Below, in pieces: positions 37,001 to 47,099 of a stretch of DNA of 64,000 bases (the first letter of the stretch is position 1; every line of letters begins with the position of its first letter). The notes beneath the pieces are model-generated. The model was given only the letters and a program-made list of their open reading frames with translations, had not been told where the DNA came from and made no database searches. The stretch is from the NCBI GenBank assembly GCA_038231135.1, contig JBBRLX010000006.1, forward strand, positions 104,123 through 168,122, given 5' to 3'. The DNA is from Candidatus Eiseniibacteriota bacterium. GTDB taxonomy: Bacteria; Eisenbacteria; RBG-16-71-46. The position numbers and the translations under genes were made by a program.

Positions 37001-38863
37001 GTGCGGGAATCGATGGCCGGTGTCTGGCGCCGCAAAGTCACCGTCATTGCGGCGTTCTCGCTCGCGGCGATCGTCGCACATCTCGTCATTCGCTTCGGCT
37101 TCCATACCGGCCCGCGCGCCTCGCAGCTCCCGCTGCTGGCCGCGCTCGCGCTCGGCGGCGGGCCGCTCGTCTACGAACTCCTCCGGAAGCTGCTGCGCCG
37201 TGAATTCGGGTCCGACCTGCTGGCCGGCATTTCGATCGTCACGTCGGTCGTGCTGGGCGAATACCTCGCGGGAGCCATCGTCGTCCTGATGCTCGCCGGC
37301 GGCGAGGCGCTCGAGAACTACGCGCTGACCAGTGCATCGTCGGTGCTGCGGGCGCTGGCCAAACGCATGCCGTCCATCGCCCACCGCAGGGTGAACGGCA
37401 CGATCGCGGACGTCGAGACCGGCGCCGTCGCCGTGGGTGACACCATCGTGATCTATCCGCACGACATCTGTCCGGTGGATGGCATCGTCATCGAAGGGCA
37501 CGGCGCCATGGACGAGTCTTACCTCACCGGGGAACCGTTTAACATCACAAAGACCTCTGGATCGGCGGTGATGTCCGGCGCGATCAACGGCGAGGCCGTG
37601 CTGACGATCCGCGCTACCCAACTCGCCGCCGATTCCCGCTACGCCAAGATCATGGAGGTGATGCGGGAATCCGAAGCGAAGCGACCCCGGTTGCGGCGTC
37701 TGGGGGATCAGTTGGGAGCGGTCTACACGCCGATCGCCGTCGCCGTGGCCGCGCTCGCGTGGCTGTTCACCGGCGACCCGACGCGTTTCCTGGCCGTGCT
37801 CGTGGTCGCGACGCCCTGCCCGCTGCTCATCGCCATCCCGATTGCCATCATCGGTTCGATCTCGCTGTCCGCACGCCGGGCGATCATCGTGAGGAGCCCG
37901 GTTGCGCTGGAGCAGATCGCCCAGTGCCGAACCGCGATCTTCGACAAGACGGGAACGCTCACCTACGGCGAACCCAGGCTCACGGAGCAGCTCATGGCAC
38001 CCGGCGTTTCACAGGTGGAGATGCTGACGCTGGTCGCCAGCTTGGAACGATATTCGAAGCATCCGCTGGCCCGGGCCATTCTGGATGCTGCGAAGGACGC
38101 CGGGATCGGGTTTCAGGAGGCAACGGAGGTCGGAGAGGCGCCCGGGCAGGGACTACGCGGTACGGTCTCCGGCCGTCATGTGCAGGTCACCAGCCGCGGG
38201 AACCTGGACCCGCATTGCGTGTCCGGCATCCAGGAGCTGCCACCCGCCGCGTGCGGGCTCGAGTGTGTCGTCGTGATCGACGATCGGTACGCCGCGATGT
38301 GCCGGTTTCGCGATGCGCCGCGGGCGGAGAGCGCATCGTTCGTGAAACACCTGGGACCCAAGCACCGGTTCGAACGCACGATGATCGTGTCGGGCGACCG
38401 CGAGTCCGAGGTCAGCTATCTGGCCGCGCAGGTGGGCATCACCGAGATCCATGCACAACAGAGCCCCGAGCAGAAACTCGCGCTTGTGCGCGAGGAGACC
38501 CAACAGGCGCGCACGCTGTACGTCGGCGACGGCATCAACGACGCGCCGGCCATGATGGCCGCCACTGTGGGCATGGCGATCGGCCAGAACAGCGACGTGA
38601 CCACGGAGGCCGCGGGTGTCGTGGTCATGGACAACTCGCTCCGGAAGGTGGACGAGTTCATGCACATCAGCCGCCGGATGCGGTCGATCGCCCTGCAGAG
38701 CGCGGTGGGCGGCATGCTCCTGAGCATCGCCGGAATGGCGTTCGCGGCGGCCGGCTACCTGACCCCCGTGGAAGGCGCGATCAGCCAGGAAGTCATCGAC
38801 GTGCTCGCGATCCTCAATGCCCTGCGCGCGGCACTGCCGCCCCGGGTGATCGCGGATTTCTGA
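37001..38863 (+). CDS. Heavy-metal P1B-type ATPase (TPCP/QExxD, P1B-5-like)
   Basis: [39 protein letters not shown]. Confidence 0.9.
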   Translation: MRESMAGVWRRKVTVIAAFSLAAIVAHLVIRFGFHTGPRASQLPLLAALALGGGPLVYELLRKLLRREFGSDLLAGISIVTSVVLGEYLAGAIVVLMLAGGEALENYALTSASSVLRALAKRMPSIAHRRVNGTIADVETGAVAVGDTIVIYPHDICPVDGIVIEGHGAMDESYLTGEPFNITKTSGSAVMSGAINGEAVLTIRATQLAADSRYAKIMEVMRESEAKRPRLRRLGDQLGAVYTPIAVAVAALAWLFTGDPTRFLAVLVVATPCPLLIAIPIAIIGSISLSARRAIIVRSPVALEQIAQCRTAIFDKTGTLTYGEPRLTEQLMAPGVSQVEMLTLVASLERYSKHPLARAILDAAKDAGIGFQEATEVGEAPGQGLRGTVSGRHVQVTSRGNLDPHCVSGIQELPPAACGLECVVVIDDRYAAMCRFRDAPRAESASFVKHLGPKHRFERTMIVSGDRESEVSYLAAQVGITEIHAQQSPEQKLALVREETQQARTLYVGDGINDAPAMMAATVGMAIGQNSDVTTEAAGVVVMDNSLRKVDEFMHISRRMRSIALQSAVGGMLLSIAGMAFAAAGYLTPVEGAISQEVIDVLAILNALRAALPPRVIADF

Positions 38864-38906
38864 GGCGCGGGACGGCAGCGATCCGGCGATGCGAATCGCC
38901 TGCCGT

Positions 38907-39710
38907 TCAACGCAACTTTGCGACCGTGCGCGCCGTTCGGCCCGCCGGTGAATCCAGTCGCACGACGTAGAGCCCGGGCCCCGCCGCCGCACCGCTGTCG
39001 AGCCGACCATCCCACGACCTCACGTACGAGCCGCCGGCGAGCGATTCTCGGGCGCTGAGCGCCCGCACGCGCCGGCCCGTGATGTCGAAGACCCCCAGGC
39101 TCACCACGCCGCCGTGCGGGAGCGAGAACCCGATCTCGGTCGACCCCGAGAACGGATTGGGAGCCGCCGTGAGCACCGTCACGGACGAATGATCGCCGGC
39201 GCCTGCCACCTCGAGCGGCCTGGAGTCCACGACGAGCACCGAGTCGTGGCAGAATTCGCCGTGCAGCGAGATGCGCGTGGCGATCTGCGGGAATGTCGCA
39301 GCCGAGCGGACGAGCCCGCTGTCGAAGTGTTGCGGCGGGCCACCGTCGAACGAGAGATCGAGCGTCAGCTGCTCCATGTTCTCGAGCTCGCCGCCGTGCC
39401 GGTACGTTCCCGAGCCCGTGATCACGACGGGCTGGTTGTCATGTGCCGCCTTCCAGCGCACGTCGAGAACGTCGTAGGTGATGAACAGGGGCCCGATCCC
39501 CGACCGGCGCAGCAGGAAGTCTCCGGCGAGCGGCGACTGAATAAGCAGGGGGCACATGCAGGGCGCGAAGCAGCCCCATTCGAACTCACTCGGGGGCTGG
39601 TTCAGCACACAAAGGAGCGAATCGGGGGCCGCGCCCTGACCATGGGCGGGCGACGCGGTGAGCAGCGATCCCACGACCGCCAGGGTTGCGAGTGTGCCGA
39701 TGCGTTTCAT
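38907..39710 (-). CDS. Secreted protein with FlgD-Ig/T9SS-like C-terminal domain
   Basis: Signal peptide MKRIGTL..AHG; AAPNPF..F.LP..VFDITGRRVR..WDG..GLY.VRL. Confidence 0.8.
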   Translation of the reverse strand: MKRIGTLATLAVVGSLLTASPAHGQGAAPDSLLCVLNQPPSEFEWGCFAPCMCPLLIQSPLAGDFLLRRSGIGPLFITYDVLDVRWKAAHDNQPVVITGSGTYRHGGELENMEQLTLDLSFDGGPPQHFDSGLVRSAATFPQIATRISLHGEFCHDSVLVVDSRPLEVAGAGDHSSVTVLTAAPNPFSGSTEIGFSLPHGGVVSLGVFDITGRRVRALSARESLAGGSYVRSWDGRLDSGAAAGPGLYVVRLDSPAGRTARTVAKLR

Positions 39711-39944
39711 GCTCCGAATCCTCCAGACCTCGAACCGCACGATTGTCCTGCCGTAGCGGCCGGCCCCGCAAGTGTCTTTTCGTGGCGGCGCCGGTGACGG
39801 TCGAAACCTCGGTTCCTCGCCTGCTTTCGCAGTAGTCACGATTCGAATGGGGGCCTCGCCAGCGCCAAAAAGGCTGCCGGGAGCGGGTGTCATGGAGTAG
39901 CCTTGCCGTTGAAGAACCCCTCTTCCATGAACCGGGAGCACGCG

Positions 39945-41018
39945 ATGACAGCAAGCCGGGCTCGGTCTCTCGTGGCACTGCTGACGGCAGGATCGACGCT
40001 CGCCATGCCGGTGATCGCGCGGGGAGCGGCGAGCTACTCGATCACGCTCCAGGGCGGCACCCAGACCTCCGCGTCGCCGCTCCGCGACAGCTTCCATACG
40101 GCGACGCCCGGTGTGGCTCCGACCCTGATTTCCGAGGATGCCTGCGCATTGCCCGCCCACGTGGGCGCCCGCGCCCGGCTTCAGACGTTTTGGCCCTTCG
40201 AGATCGTCACCGGCATTTCGGGCAACGCGGCCGGGCACGCCTCGACGGATGACTTCCTGATCGCGGGGCCGCCGGGCGTGACGACCGTGAGCGGCGCCAT
40301 GCGATTTCACGCGGAGGTCCGGCTCGAACGCGGCGGAGGTCTCGCGGGCAGCGACATGCACATCGCGAAGGCGCTCGTCCACGTGACGGCCGCCACGTTC
40401 GCAGCCGACGGCTCGTGCTGGTCTGGGAACCTGAACGAGGGAGCCGACGGCGTGTTGACGGGTCAATCCCCGCCAGACCTCGCAGCGTCGTTCTCGCTGG
40501 CGGGCACGTTTCCGGTCGGCGTTCCGTTCGCCGTGTCCATGAACCTCGAGGCCGAGGACCAGACCTACGGCGATTCCGCCGTGTCGCCGGGGATCACCGC
40601 GACCGATGGCTGGACGGTGGGCCTCGCGCTCGGCGACACCGAAGGGCCGGTCATGGATCTACCGGACGGTTACACCGTGAACGCACCGAGTTGGGGCGTC
40701 ATCGCGAATCACCTGGCAGGCGTCGACGCGGCCCAATCGCGCGACCTCGAGTTTGCCCCGGCCACACCCAATCCCAGCGCGGCCGCCACGACGTTCGAGT
40801 TCACGCTTCCGCACACCGGGAGCGTCAGCCTCGTGGTGACCGATCTTCAAGGTCGGCGCGTACGCCGGCTCGCTGCTGGCCCGATGAGCGCGGGGCCGCA
40901 ACGCGAGGTCTGGGAGGGGCGAGACGAATCCGGCGGGCGCGCCGCTCCCGGGATCTATTTCGGCGTGCTACGGTTCGAGAATCGCACGATCACACGACGT
41001 GTGGTTCGCATTCGGTGA
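39945..41018 (+). CDS. Secreted protein with FlgD-Ig/T9SS-like C-terminal domain
   Basis: Signal peptide; PNPS..FTLP..DLQGRRVRRL..WEGRD..APGIYF. Confidence 0.8.
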   Translation: MTASRARSLVALLTAGSTLAMPVIARGAASYSITLQGGTQTSASPLRDSFHTATPGVAPTLISEDACALPAHVGARARLQTFWPFEIVTGISGNAAGHASTDDFLIAGPPGVTTVSGAMRFHAEVRLERGGGLAGSDMHIAKALVHVTAATFAADGSCWSGNLNEGADGVLTGQSPPDLAASFSLAGTFPVGVPFAVSMNLEAEDQTYGDSAVSPGITATDGWTVGLALGDTEGPVMDLPDGYTVNAPSWGVIANHLAGVDAAQSRDLEFAPATPNPSAAATTFEFTLPHTGSVSLVVTDLQGRRVRRLAAGPMSAGPQREVWEGRDESGGRAAPGIYFGVLRFENRTITRRVVRIR

Positions 41019-41029
41019 TCGGTCCGAGT

Positions 41030-43618
41030 TCAGCGGCAGACGACCAATCGTCGGGTCATCACCACGTTGCCCGCACGGAACACCAGCAGGTAAACGCTCG
41101 GAGGCAGTCTGGCAGGCAGCGATCGCCGGGTCGAGAACCGACCGGCGGCGTGCGATTCGTCAAGAAGGTCGAGCACCACCCGTCCCTGCAGATCGAGCAT
41201 TCGGATCTGCACCCGCGTCGCACGCGGGAGAGTCCAGGCCAGCTGAACCTGTTCGTGGGTCGGATTCGGCCCGTTCAGATCGAAGGTCGCAACTTCGAAC
41301 TGGATTGCCGCGGTGACGTCGATGGTGCCCAGCGTCAGGACGTGGCCGTCGAGTCCGGTTGCGCGTAGACGGTACCCATAGTGCGCCCCTGGCTCGACTG
41401 CCGCATCGAGGACCTGGCTGACGCCTCCAGATGAGGTGATCGGCGCGTCGACCGCGTTCCATCCCGTGGACGGGTTGGAGGATCGCTCGACCCGGGGATG
41501 CGTCCAGGACAGGGGATCCTCGAACTCCCAGGTGAGCCGTACGCCCGTGGCCTCCGGGACTCCGTCGAATCGGCGAAGCAGGGTCGGTGTCGGCAAGTCG
41601 GTCTGCTCGATGGCGTGCAGGATCCCCGCCGGGGTCACGATATAGAGCATGCGTTCCGCGATGGCCAGTATTCCACCTGCCGGGTACGACCACGTTGCTT
41701 CGTGGCTCGCGAGGTCGATCGCGTAGGTCGTGCCACCGTTCGAGACGAACGCATGAGAATTCGTCACGACGATGCCATCGATGAGCGAACCCGCCGGGGG
41801 CCGCCATGACCACAGCACCGTGTGCGTCAACTCGTCCAGCGCGGTGAGGGCGCCGCCGTCGTTGGAGTAGATCACCCCGTTTGCAAACGCGGGCTGACCT
41901 ATGAAATTCCGGTTCAACGTCCAGGCCTCGGCGTGTGACACGAGGTCGTAGCCACGCAGCCGGCCACGGCTCACCGCATATGCGCGACCGGGAGATCCGA
42001 GCACGGGTGAGGAGCTGCCCAGCGGGTTCAGGACATACGGGTCCGTGTCGACGATCGTATAGGCGAGGGCGCCGCTCGCGCGGTCGATCGCGTACAGGCG
42101 CGTATCGCTTGGGTTCATGAACACGTAGATGAATGCGCTGTCGACCGCCGCGGCCCACCGGTCGTACTGCGCCAGCCGGTCGTTCATCCAGAGATTGTCG
42201 CCGGTAACGGCGTCGACGGAGTACGCGCCGTCGAAAGAGCCGCCGGTTGTATAGAGCCGCCCGTCGGCGATGGTCGGGGCCAGGAACACACCAAATTGGG
42301 TGAACCCCTTGGAATGGAACTGCAGCGCCCCGGTGCCGGCGTCAAACGCCCACACATACATGTCGCTCGCGGTGCTGGTCTGAACGTACACGCTGCCGTC
42401 CGCGTAACTTGGCGGACCGACGTAGAACATCGATTGGAATTCGTGCGACCACAGCGTGGCTCCGGTAGCCCTGTCGAGTGCAACCAGCGTGGGGCCCGGA
42501 GTCTTGAGGCAGAACACCTTGTCTTCGGCGGCCGCGATACTCCAGTAGGCGGTCACTCCGAGGTTCGACGTCCAGCGCGGGACGAACGCCGCAGGATCGA
42601 TGGTCACGGGGCGATAACCGGTGTGGCGGGCGTCCGCCTGATACATCGGCCACTCTGCTCCCGGTCCCTCAGCCGGATCTCCCGACGCCGTGACGGTCAA
42701 CTCCCCCTGGAAATCGGCAAGCGTCGCCTGAAGCCTGAACGACGTGGTTCCCGCGCCGAGACTGTCCACGGTGACGAGTCCCTCTTGGACCGCGGCGCGC
42801 GAATCCCCCGACACGCTCCAGCTCGCCTGGGAACTCACGTCGATCCACAAGTTGCCGGGGTAATGCGCCCAGGCCGTATACGGGGTTCGGGACGGCGCCA
42901 GGATGCGCCGGGGGCCGCGGATCACGACCCCTTGAAGATCGACGGGTGGAATCGGGTGGGCGAAGTCGACACGTCCAGCCAACTCGTACGTGAACGTGGA
43001 ATCGAACGACGTCGCCGTCCATGGGGACGTGCAAGAATAGGTCGCGGCAAATGGCACGACGTTGGCGATTCGACTCGAGAAGTATCGAAATCCAGGCACC
43101 CCTCGCGAGATCGGCACATTCTCGAGGATGCGCACCACACCGCTCATGACCGCGACGTTCGAGCCCAGCGCGGCGGACAGCACGAGGGGTCCCGCCACGG
43201 CCAGTGCGCCCTCGGTATACTCGTCGAGCCGGTAGAACGCGATGCTGTCGCTGGGCGCGCGCATGATGTAATGGACCGAATCTGCCGTGACGACGACCTG
43301 GTCGAGGGTCATGTAGGCGAGCGGGGCGGACCCCGCACCGTTCTCGAACGAACTCCCGTCGCTCAAGAAGTACGTCAAGGACGTTCCAAGCAGTATGAGC
43401 GGTCCGCCGGCCGCGTGACCGCCGGGTCCGCGCCCGAACGTCACCATGAGGTCGATGGTGGGTGACGCGCTCGTGGCGTTGCCGTGCGGTGGCTGCGGGG
43501 GATTGAATCGGCTGGCGGCGTGCGCATATCGCACGCCCTGGAGGAGTCCGGCGATCTCGACCGCGATGACGAGCGCGGTAATGGCGCGCGACGGCCAGCG
43601 ACGAACGTGGGGTGACAC
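41030..43618 (-). CDS. Secreted PQQ-like beta-propeller protein with Ig domain and sorting-like CTD
   Basis: GGAGGAGG-GTG; WPMYQADARHTG, repeated ALD.ATG..LW blades; TPTLL..F..GV.L.W domain; PNP..DLQGR CTD. Confidence 0.85.
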   Translation of the reverse strand: MSPHVRRWPSRAITALVIAVEIAGLLQGVRYAHAASRFNPPQPPHGNATSASPTIDLMVTFGRGPGGHAAGGPLILLGTSLTYFLSDGSSFENGAGSAPLAYMTLDQVVVTADSVHYIMRAPSDSIAFYRLDEYTEGALAVAGPLVLSAALGSNVAVMSGVVRILENVPISRGVPGFRYFSSRIANVVPFAATYSCTSPWTATSFDSTFTYELAGRVDFAHPIPPVDLQGVVIRGPRRILAPSRTPYTAWAHYPGNLWIDVSSQASWSVSGDSRAAVQEGLVTVDSLGAGTTSFRLQATLADFQGELTVTASGDPAEGPGAEWPMYQADARHTGYRPVTIDPAAFVPRWTSNLGVTAYWSIAAAEDKVFCLKTPGPTLVALDRATGATLWSHEFQSMFYVGPPSYADGSVYVQTSTASDMYVWAFDAGTGALQFHSKGFTQFGVFLAPTIADGRLYTTGGSFDGAYSVDAVTGDNLWMNDRLAQYDRWAAAVDSAFIYVFMNPSDTRLYAIDRASGALAYTIVDTDPYVLNPLGSSSPVLGSPGRAYAVSRGRLRGYDLVSHAEAWTLNRNFIGQPAFANGVIYSNDGGALTALDELTHTVLWSWRPPAGSLIDGIVVTNSHAFVSNGGTTYAIDLASHEATWSYPAGGILAIAERMLYIVTPAGILHAIEQTDLPTPTLLRRFDGVPEATGVRLTWEFEDPLSWTHPRVERSSNPSTGWNAVDAPITSSGGVSQVLDAAVEPGAHYGYRLRATGLDGHVLTLGTIDVTAAIQFEVATFDLNGPNPTHEQVQLAWTLPRATRVQIRMLDLQGRVVLDLLDESHAAGRFSTRRSLPARLPPSVYLLVFRAGNVVMTRRLVVCR

Positions 43619-43863
43619 GGTGCGTCCTCCTCCGTGAGGCAGGAATCCAGCGGCCCCATCCCGGAGCCTGAGCGGGGAGAATAGCATGGTCCTCCGTCCC
43701 GGCCTGTCGGCGGCCCGTGCCGGGCAATCGGGCTATGCCGAGGGGAGGCCAAATGGCATCGTGACACGCCCTCGTCTAGGATGCGCACAGGTCTCCACTC
43801 CCGCGTGGCGGCCCCGCCGGCGCGCGGGCCATCTTCCACTCCCCCGATGGGAGAGGTGCCCCC

Positions 43864-46449
43864 ATGAGCCGTCGCTTCCTGCTCGCGCTGTTGGTCCTGT
43901 TGCTCGCCGCGACACCCGCTGCCGCCGCCAAGAAGGCGCTGTTCGACAACGCTCACGCCGAAACCGCCGGCAACGCCGACTGGGTGATCGACAACGACCA
44001 GCCCATCCCGGTTCCCGCGCAGAGTGGCATCACCGCCGGCACCTCCGAGACGTTCTGGACCGGCGCCGTGTCGGCCTGGGGCGTCGCGCTCGTCAAGCGC
44101 GGCTACACGGTCGAGACCAACACCGCCGCGATCACGTACGGCAACGGCAGCAATCCGCGCGATCTGACCAACTACGACGTGCTCGTGATCGACGAGCCCA
44201 ATACCCTGTTCACGTCGGCCGAGGCGGCGGCGATCCTGAGCTTCGTCCAGAACGGTGGCGGGCTCGTCGGGGTCTCGGATCACTCGGGCTCCGATCGCAA
44301 CAATGACGGCGCCGACTCGCCGATCATCTGGAACGCGCTCGATCCCACGCATCTGCTCGGCCTGCACTTCGGCGTGAGCGGCGACGCCAACAACAACATT
44401 TCGCAGACCAGCACCAACGTGAATGCGCTCGGCACCGACGCCGTGACCCGCGGACCGGTGGGGAACGTGACCGGGTTCGCGTTCCACAACGGCACGACCA
44501 TGACGCTGTTCCCGTCGGTCAACGCGACCGTGCGGGGCGAGGTGTGGATGAACGGCCTGTCGCAATCGAGCCTGACCGGCGTCATGGCCGCCTCGGCGAG
44601 CTACGGCGCCGGCAAGGTGGTGTTCGCGACCGACAGCTCGCCGGCCGACGACGGCACCGCCTCGTCCGGCAACACCGTGTTCAATGGCTGGGGCGAAGCC
44701 GGCGCCACCGACAGCACCCTGTTCATGAACGCCACGCTGTGGGCGACACGGTCGTCGGGCGGCGACGTGACGCCGCCGACGGTGTCGGTGACGTCGCCGA
44801 CCGGCGGCCAGACGTGGAAGGCCGGCTCGTCGCAGACCATCACCTGGACCGCCACGGACAACGTCGGCGTGACGACGGTGGACATCGCGTGGTCCACCGA
44901 CGGGGGCGCGAGTTACCCGAACACCCTGGCGAGCGGCCTGTCCAACAGCGGCAGCTTCGGCTGGACCGTCCCGAACACTCCCGGCACCACGAACCGCATT
45001 CGCGTCACCGCGCATGACGCCGCCGGGAACAGCGGCAGCGGCGCGAGTGCTGCGAACTTCACCATCGATCGCTGGACCATCACCGCGAGTGCCTCCGCCA
45101 ACGGTTCGATCAGCCCGAGCGGCGCCGTCGCCGTGGCTCAGGGAGCGAATCAGGGCTTCACGATCACCGCCAATTCCGGCTTCCACGTCGCCGACGTGCT
45201 GGTGGACGGTGGTTCCGTGGGTGCCGTGACCAGCTTCACGTTCACCAACGTCACGGCGAATCACACGATCGCGGCCAGCTTCGCCGTGAACGGCACGTTC
45301 ACGATCACCGCCAGCGCCGGCGCCAACGGCAGCATTTCGCCCAGCGGCGCGGTGGTGGTGGCGTCGGGTGGCAGCCAGACGTTTACCATGACCGCCAACA
45401 GCGGCTTCCACGTCTCGGGCGTGCTGGTCGACGGCGGGTCGGTGGGCGCCGTGACGACCTACACGTTCACCAACGTGCTGGCGAACCACACGATTGCGGC
45501 GAGCTTCGCGGCCAACGCCGGCGGCATCACGCCGTGGCCGCTGGCGAGCGGCAACTACCTCGAGAACTTCTCCGACATCGCGAACTGGACGAACAACTTC
45601 GCGAGCGGCATCGGAGCGAACACGTACGGTTCGGTGCCCGTCGAAGGCTCCGGAACCATCCCCGACGGGTTCCACACGACCACGAGCACGGCCACGTTCG
45701 TGACCGGCACCACGGGTGGCGTGCAGAAGGGCACGGGCGCCATCGTGCTGCTGTCGACCGGCACCACCGACAACACCACCGCCGATGCCATCGACCTGTT
45801 CCTCGACTACACCGGCGTCACCACCGGCACGCTCAGCTTCGACTGGGCGACCGTGTTCAACTCGACCGGCGACCGCAAGGGCTCGCTGCGGATCTACACG
45901 AGCACCAACGGAGCCACGTTCACCGAGCTGACCGGCGCCGACGTGCTGAATTTCACGAACAACGTCGCCGGGTCCGGTCACATAGGTCCGGTCTCGCTGC
46001 CCGCCGGCTTCACGCACTCCGCGACCGCGCGGATCCGGTTCTACTATCACAACGGCACCGGCGGCACGACCGGCTCACGGCCCAAGGTGAGCATCGACAA
46101 CGTGTCCGCCACCACCGCCGGACCCACGGCGTTCGGCATTCCTCGCGGTGGCGACGTGGTGCCGGCCGCGACGTACCCGCTCGACTGGTCGCGCCCGGTT
46201 CCGAATCCGGGCGCCGGCGCCATGCTGCTCGGATTCTCACTGCCCGCCGCCGGCCATGCGCGCATCGAGGTGCTCGATCTGACCGGGCGCCGGGTGTGGA
46301 TGAGCGAAGGCGAGTTCGCCGCCGGGTTGCACAGCGTGCGATGGGATGGGCAGATGGCTCACGGAACGACGGTGCCCGCCGGAATGTACTTCGCCCGTTT
46401 GAGCACGCGGTGGGGTGCGAGGATGGAGCGGCTCGTGCGAACGCAGTGA
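43864..46449 (+). CDS. Secreted multidomain protein: GATase-like/DUF4350-like N-domain, Ig domain, two InlB-B/Flg_new-like repeats, sorting-like CTD
   Basis: Signal peptide AAA-K; LFDNAHAETAGNADW, YDVLVIDEPN, GGGL...DH; TITASA.ANGSISPSG twice; PNP..DLTGRRV..WDG CTD. Confidence 0.85.
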   Translation: MSRRFLLALLVLLLAATPAAAAKKALFDNAHAETAGNADWVIDNDQPIPVPAQSGITAGTSETFWTGAVSAWGVALVKRGYTVETNTAAITYGNGSNPRDLTNYDVLVIDEPNTLFTSAEAAAILSFVQNGGGLVGVSDHSGSDRNNDGADSPIIWNALDPTHLLGLHFGVSGDANNNISQTSTNVNALGTDAVTRGPVGNVTGFAFHNGTTMTLFPSVNATVRGEVWMNGLSQSSLTGVMAASASYGAGKVVFATDSSPADDGTASSGNTVFNGWGEAGATDSTLFMNATLWATRSSGGDVTPPTVSVTSPTGGQTWKAGSSQTITWTATDNVGVTTVDIAWSTDGGASYPNTLASGLSNSGSFGWTVPNTPGTTNRIRVTAHDAAGNSGSGASAANFTIDRWTITASASANGSISPSGAVAVAQGANQGFTITANSGFHVADVLVDGGSVGAVTSFTFTNVTANHTIAASFAVNGTFTITASAGANGSISPSGAVVVASGGSQTFTMTANSGFHVSGVLVDGGSVGAVTTYTFTNVLANHTIAASFAANAGGITPWPLASGNYLENFSDIANWTNNFASGIGANTYGSVPVEGSGTIPDGFHTTTSTATFVTGTTGGVQKGTGAIVLLSTGTTDNTTADAIDLFLDYTGVTTGTLSFDWATVFNSTGDRKGSLRIYTSTNGATFTELTGADVLNFTNNVAGSGHIGPVSLPAGFTHSATARIRFYYHNGTGGTTGSRPKVSIDNVSATTAGPTAFGIPRGGDVVPAATYPLDWSRPVPNPGAGAMLLGFSLPAAGHARIEVLDLTGRRVWMSEGEFAAGLHSVRWDGQMAHGTTVPAGMYFARLSTRWGARMERLVRTQ
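45073..45510 (+). repeat. Two intragenic 75-aa repeats (225-nt period)
   Basis: Units start at 45073 and 45298: TITASA.ANGSISPSGAV.V..G..Q.FT.TANSGFHV..VLVDGGSVGAVT..TFTNV.ANHTIAASF. Confidence 0.9.
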
Positions 46450-46523
46450 ACACGGCGAAGCCAGGTCGGCGATCGATGTACTGCGGCCACCCTCAGGGTG
46501 GCCGCAGTTACAAAGTCGTGAAT

Positions 46524-47030
46524 TTAGCGCATCGCCGCATCGGCTCGTGGCGCCGAATTGGGTTTCCTGTCGAGGCCGAGCCGCATGCGTCCGGAAGCCA
46601 GCAAGTTCAGCAGCGGATGGTGCGCGACGAGGCGCTGGCGCAGTGGCCAGATGACCGCGATTCCGAACGCGAAGCCGGCGACATGCGCGACGAACGCCGT
46701 GGTTAGATGCCGGCCCGCGGGATCCACGAGGATCCCGAGGAAGTTGAACGCGAGCCACAGTCCAAACCACGCCCATGCCGACACGCGGCGTTGCACGACG
46801 ACGAACATCATCGTGAAGCGCGCGCTCCGGAACAGGATGGCGTAGGCGGCCATGACGGCCGCGATGGCGCCGCTGGCTCCTACCAGGGGCATCGTTACGT
46901 AGAGGAAGTACATGTTGCCGAGGAGGTGCACGAGATTCGCGTGCAGGAATGCGTAAGTGAGGAGAGCCGGAATACGGTCGGTCGCCGTGGCGGTGGATGG
47001 CGAGCGAACCGGCTCCCCCAGCCCTCTCAT
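46524..47030 (-). pseudogene. Rhomboid intramembrane protease remnant with an internal in-frame deletion
   Basis: FLHANLVHLLGNMYFL joined almost directly to PLVGASGAI; AHVAGF present; TM1 and the segment carrying TM3 are missing. Confidence 0.7.
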
Positions 47031-47099
47031 AGCGGCTTCGATGCCGGCGACGTTCACTTGGTCGCCGGGCCCGGTCGTGTCGTACGTTCCTGTCCAGCC

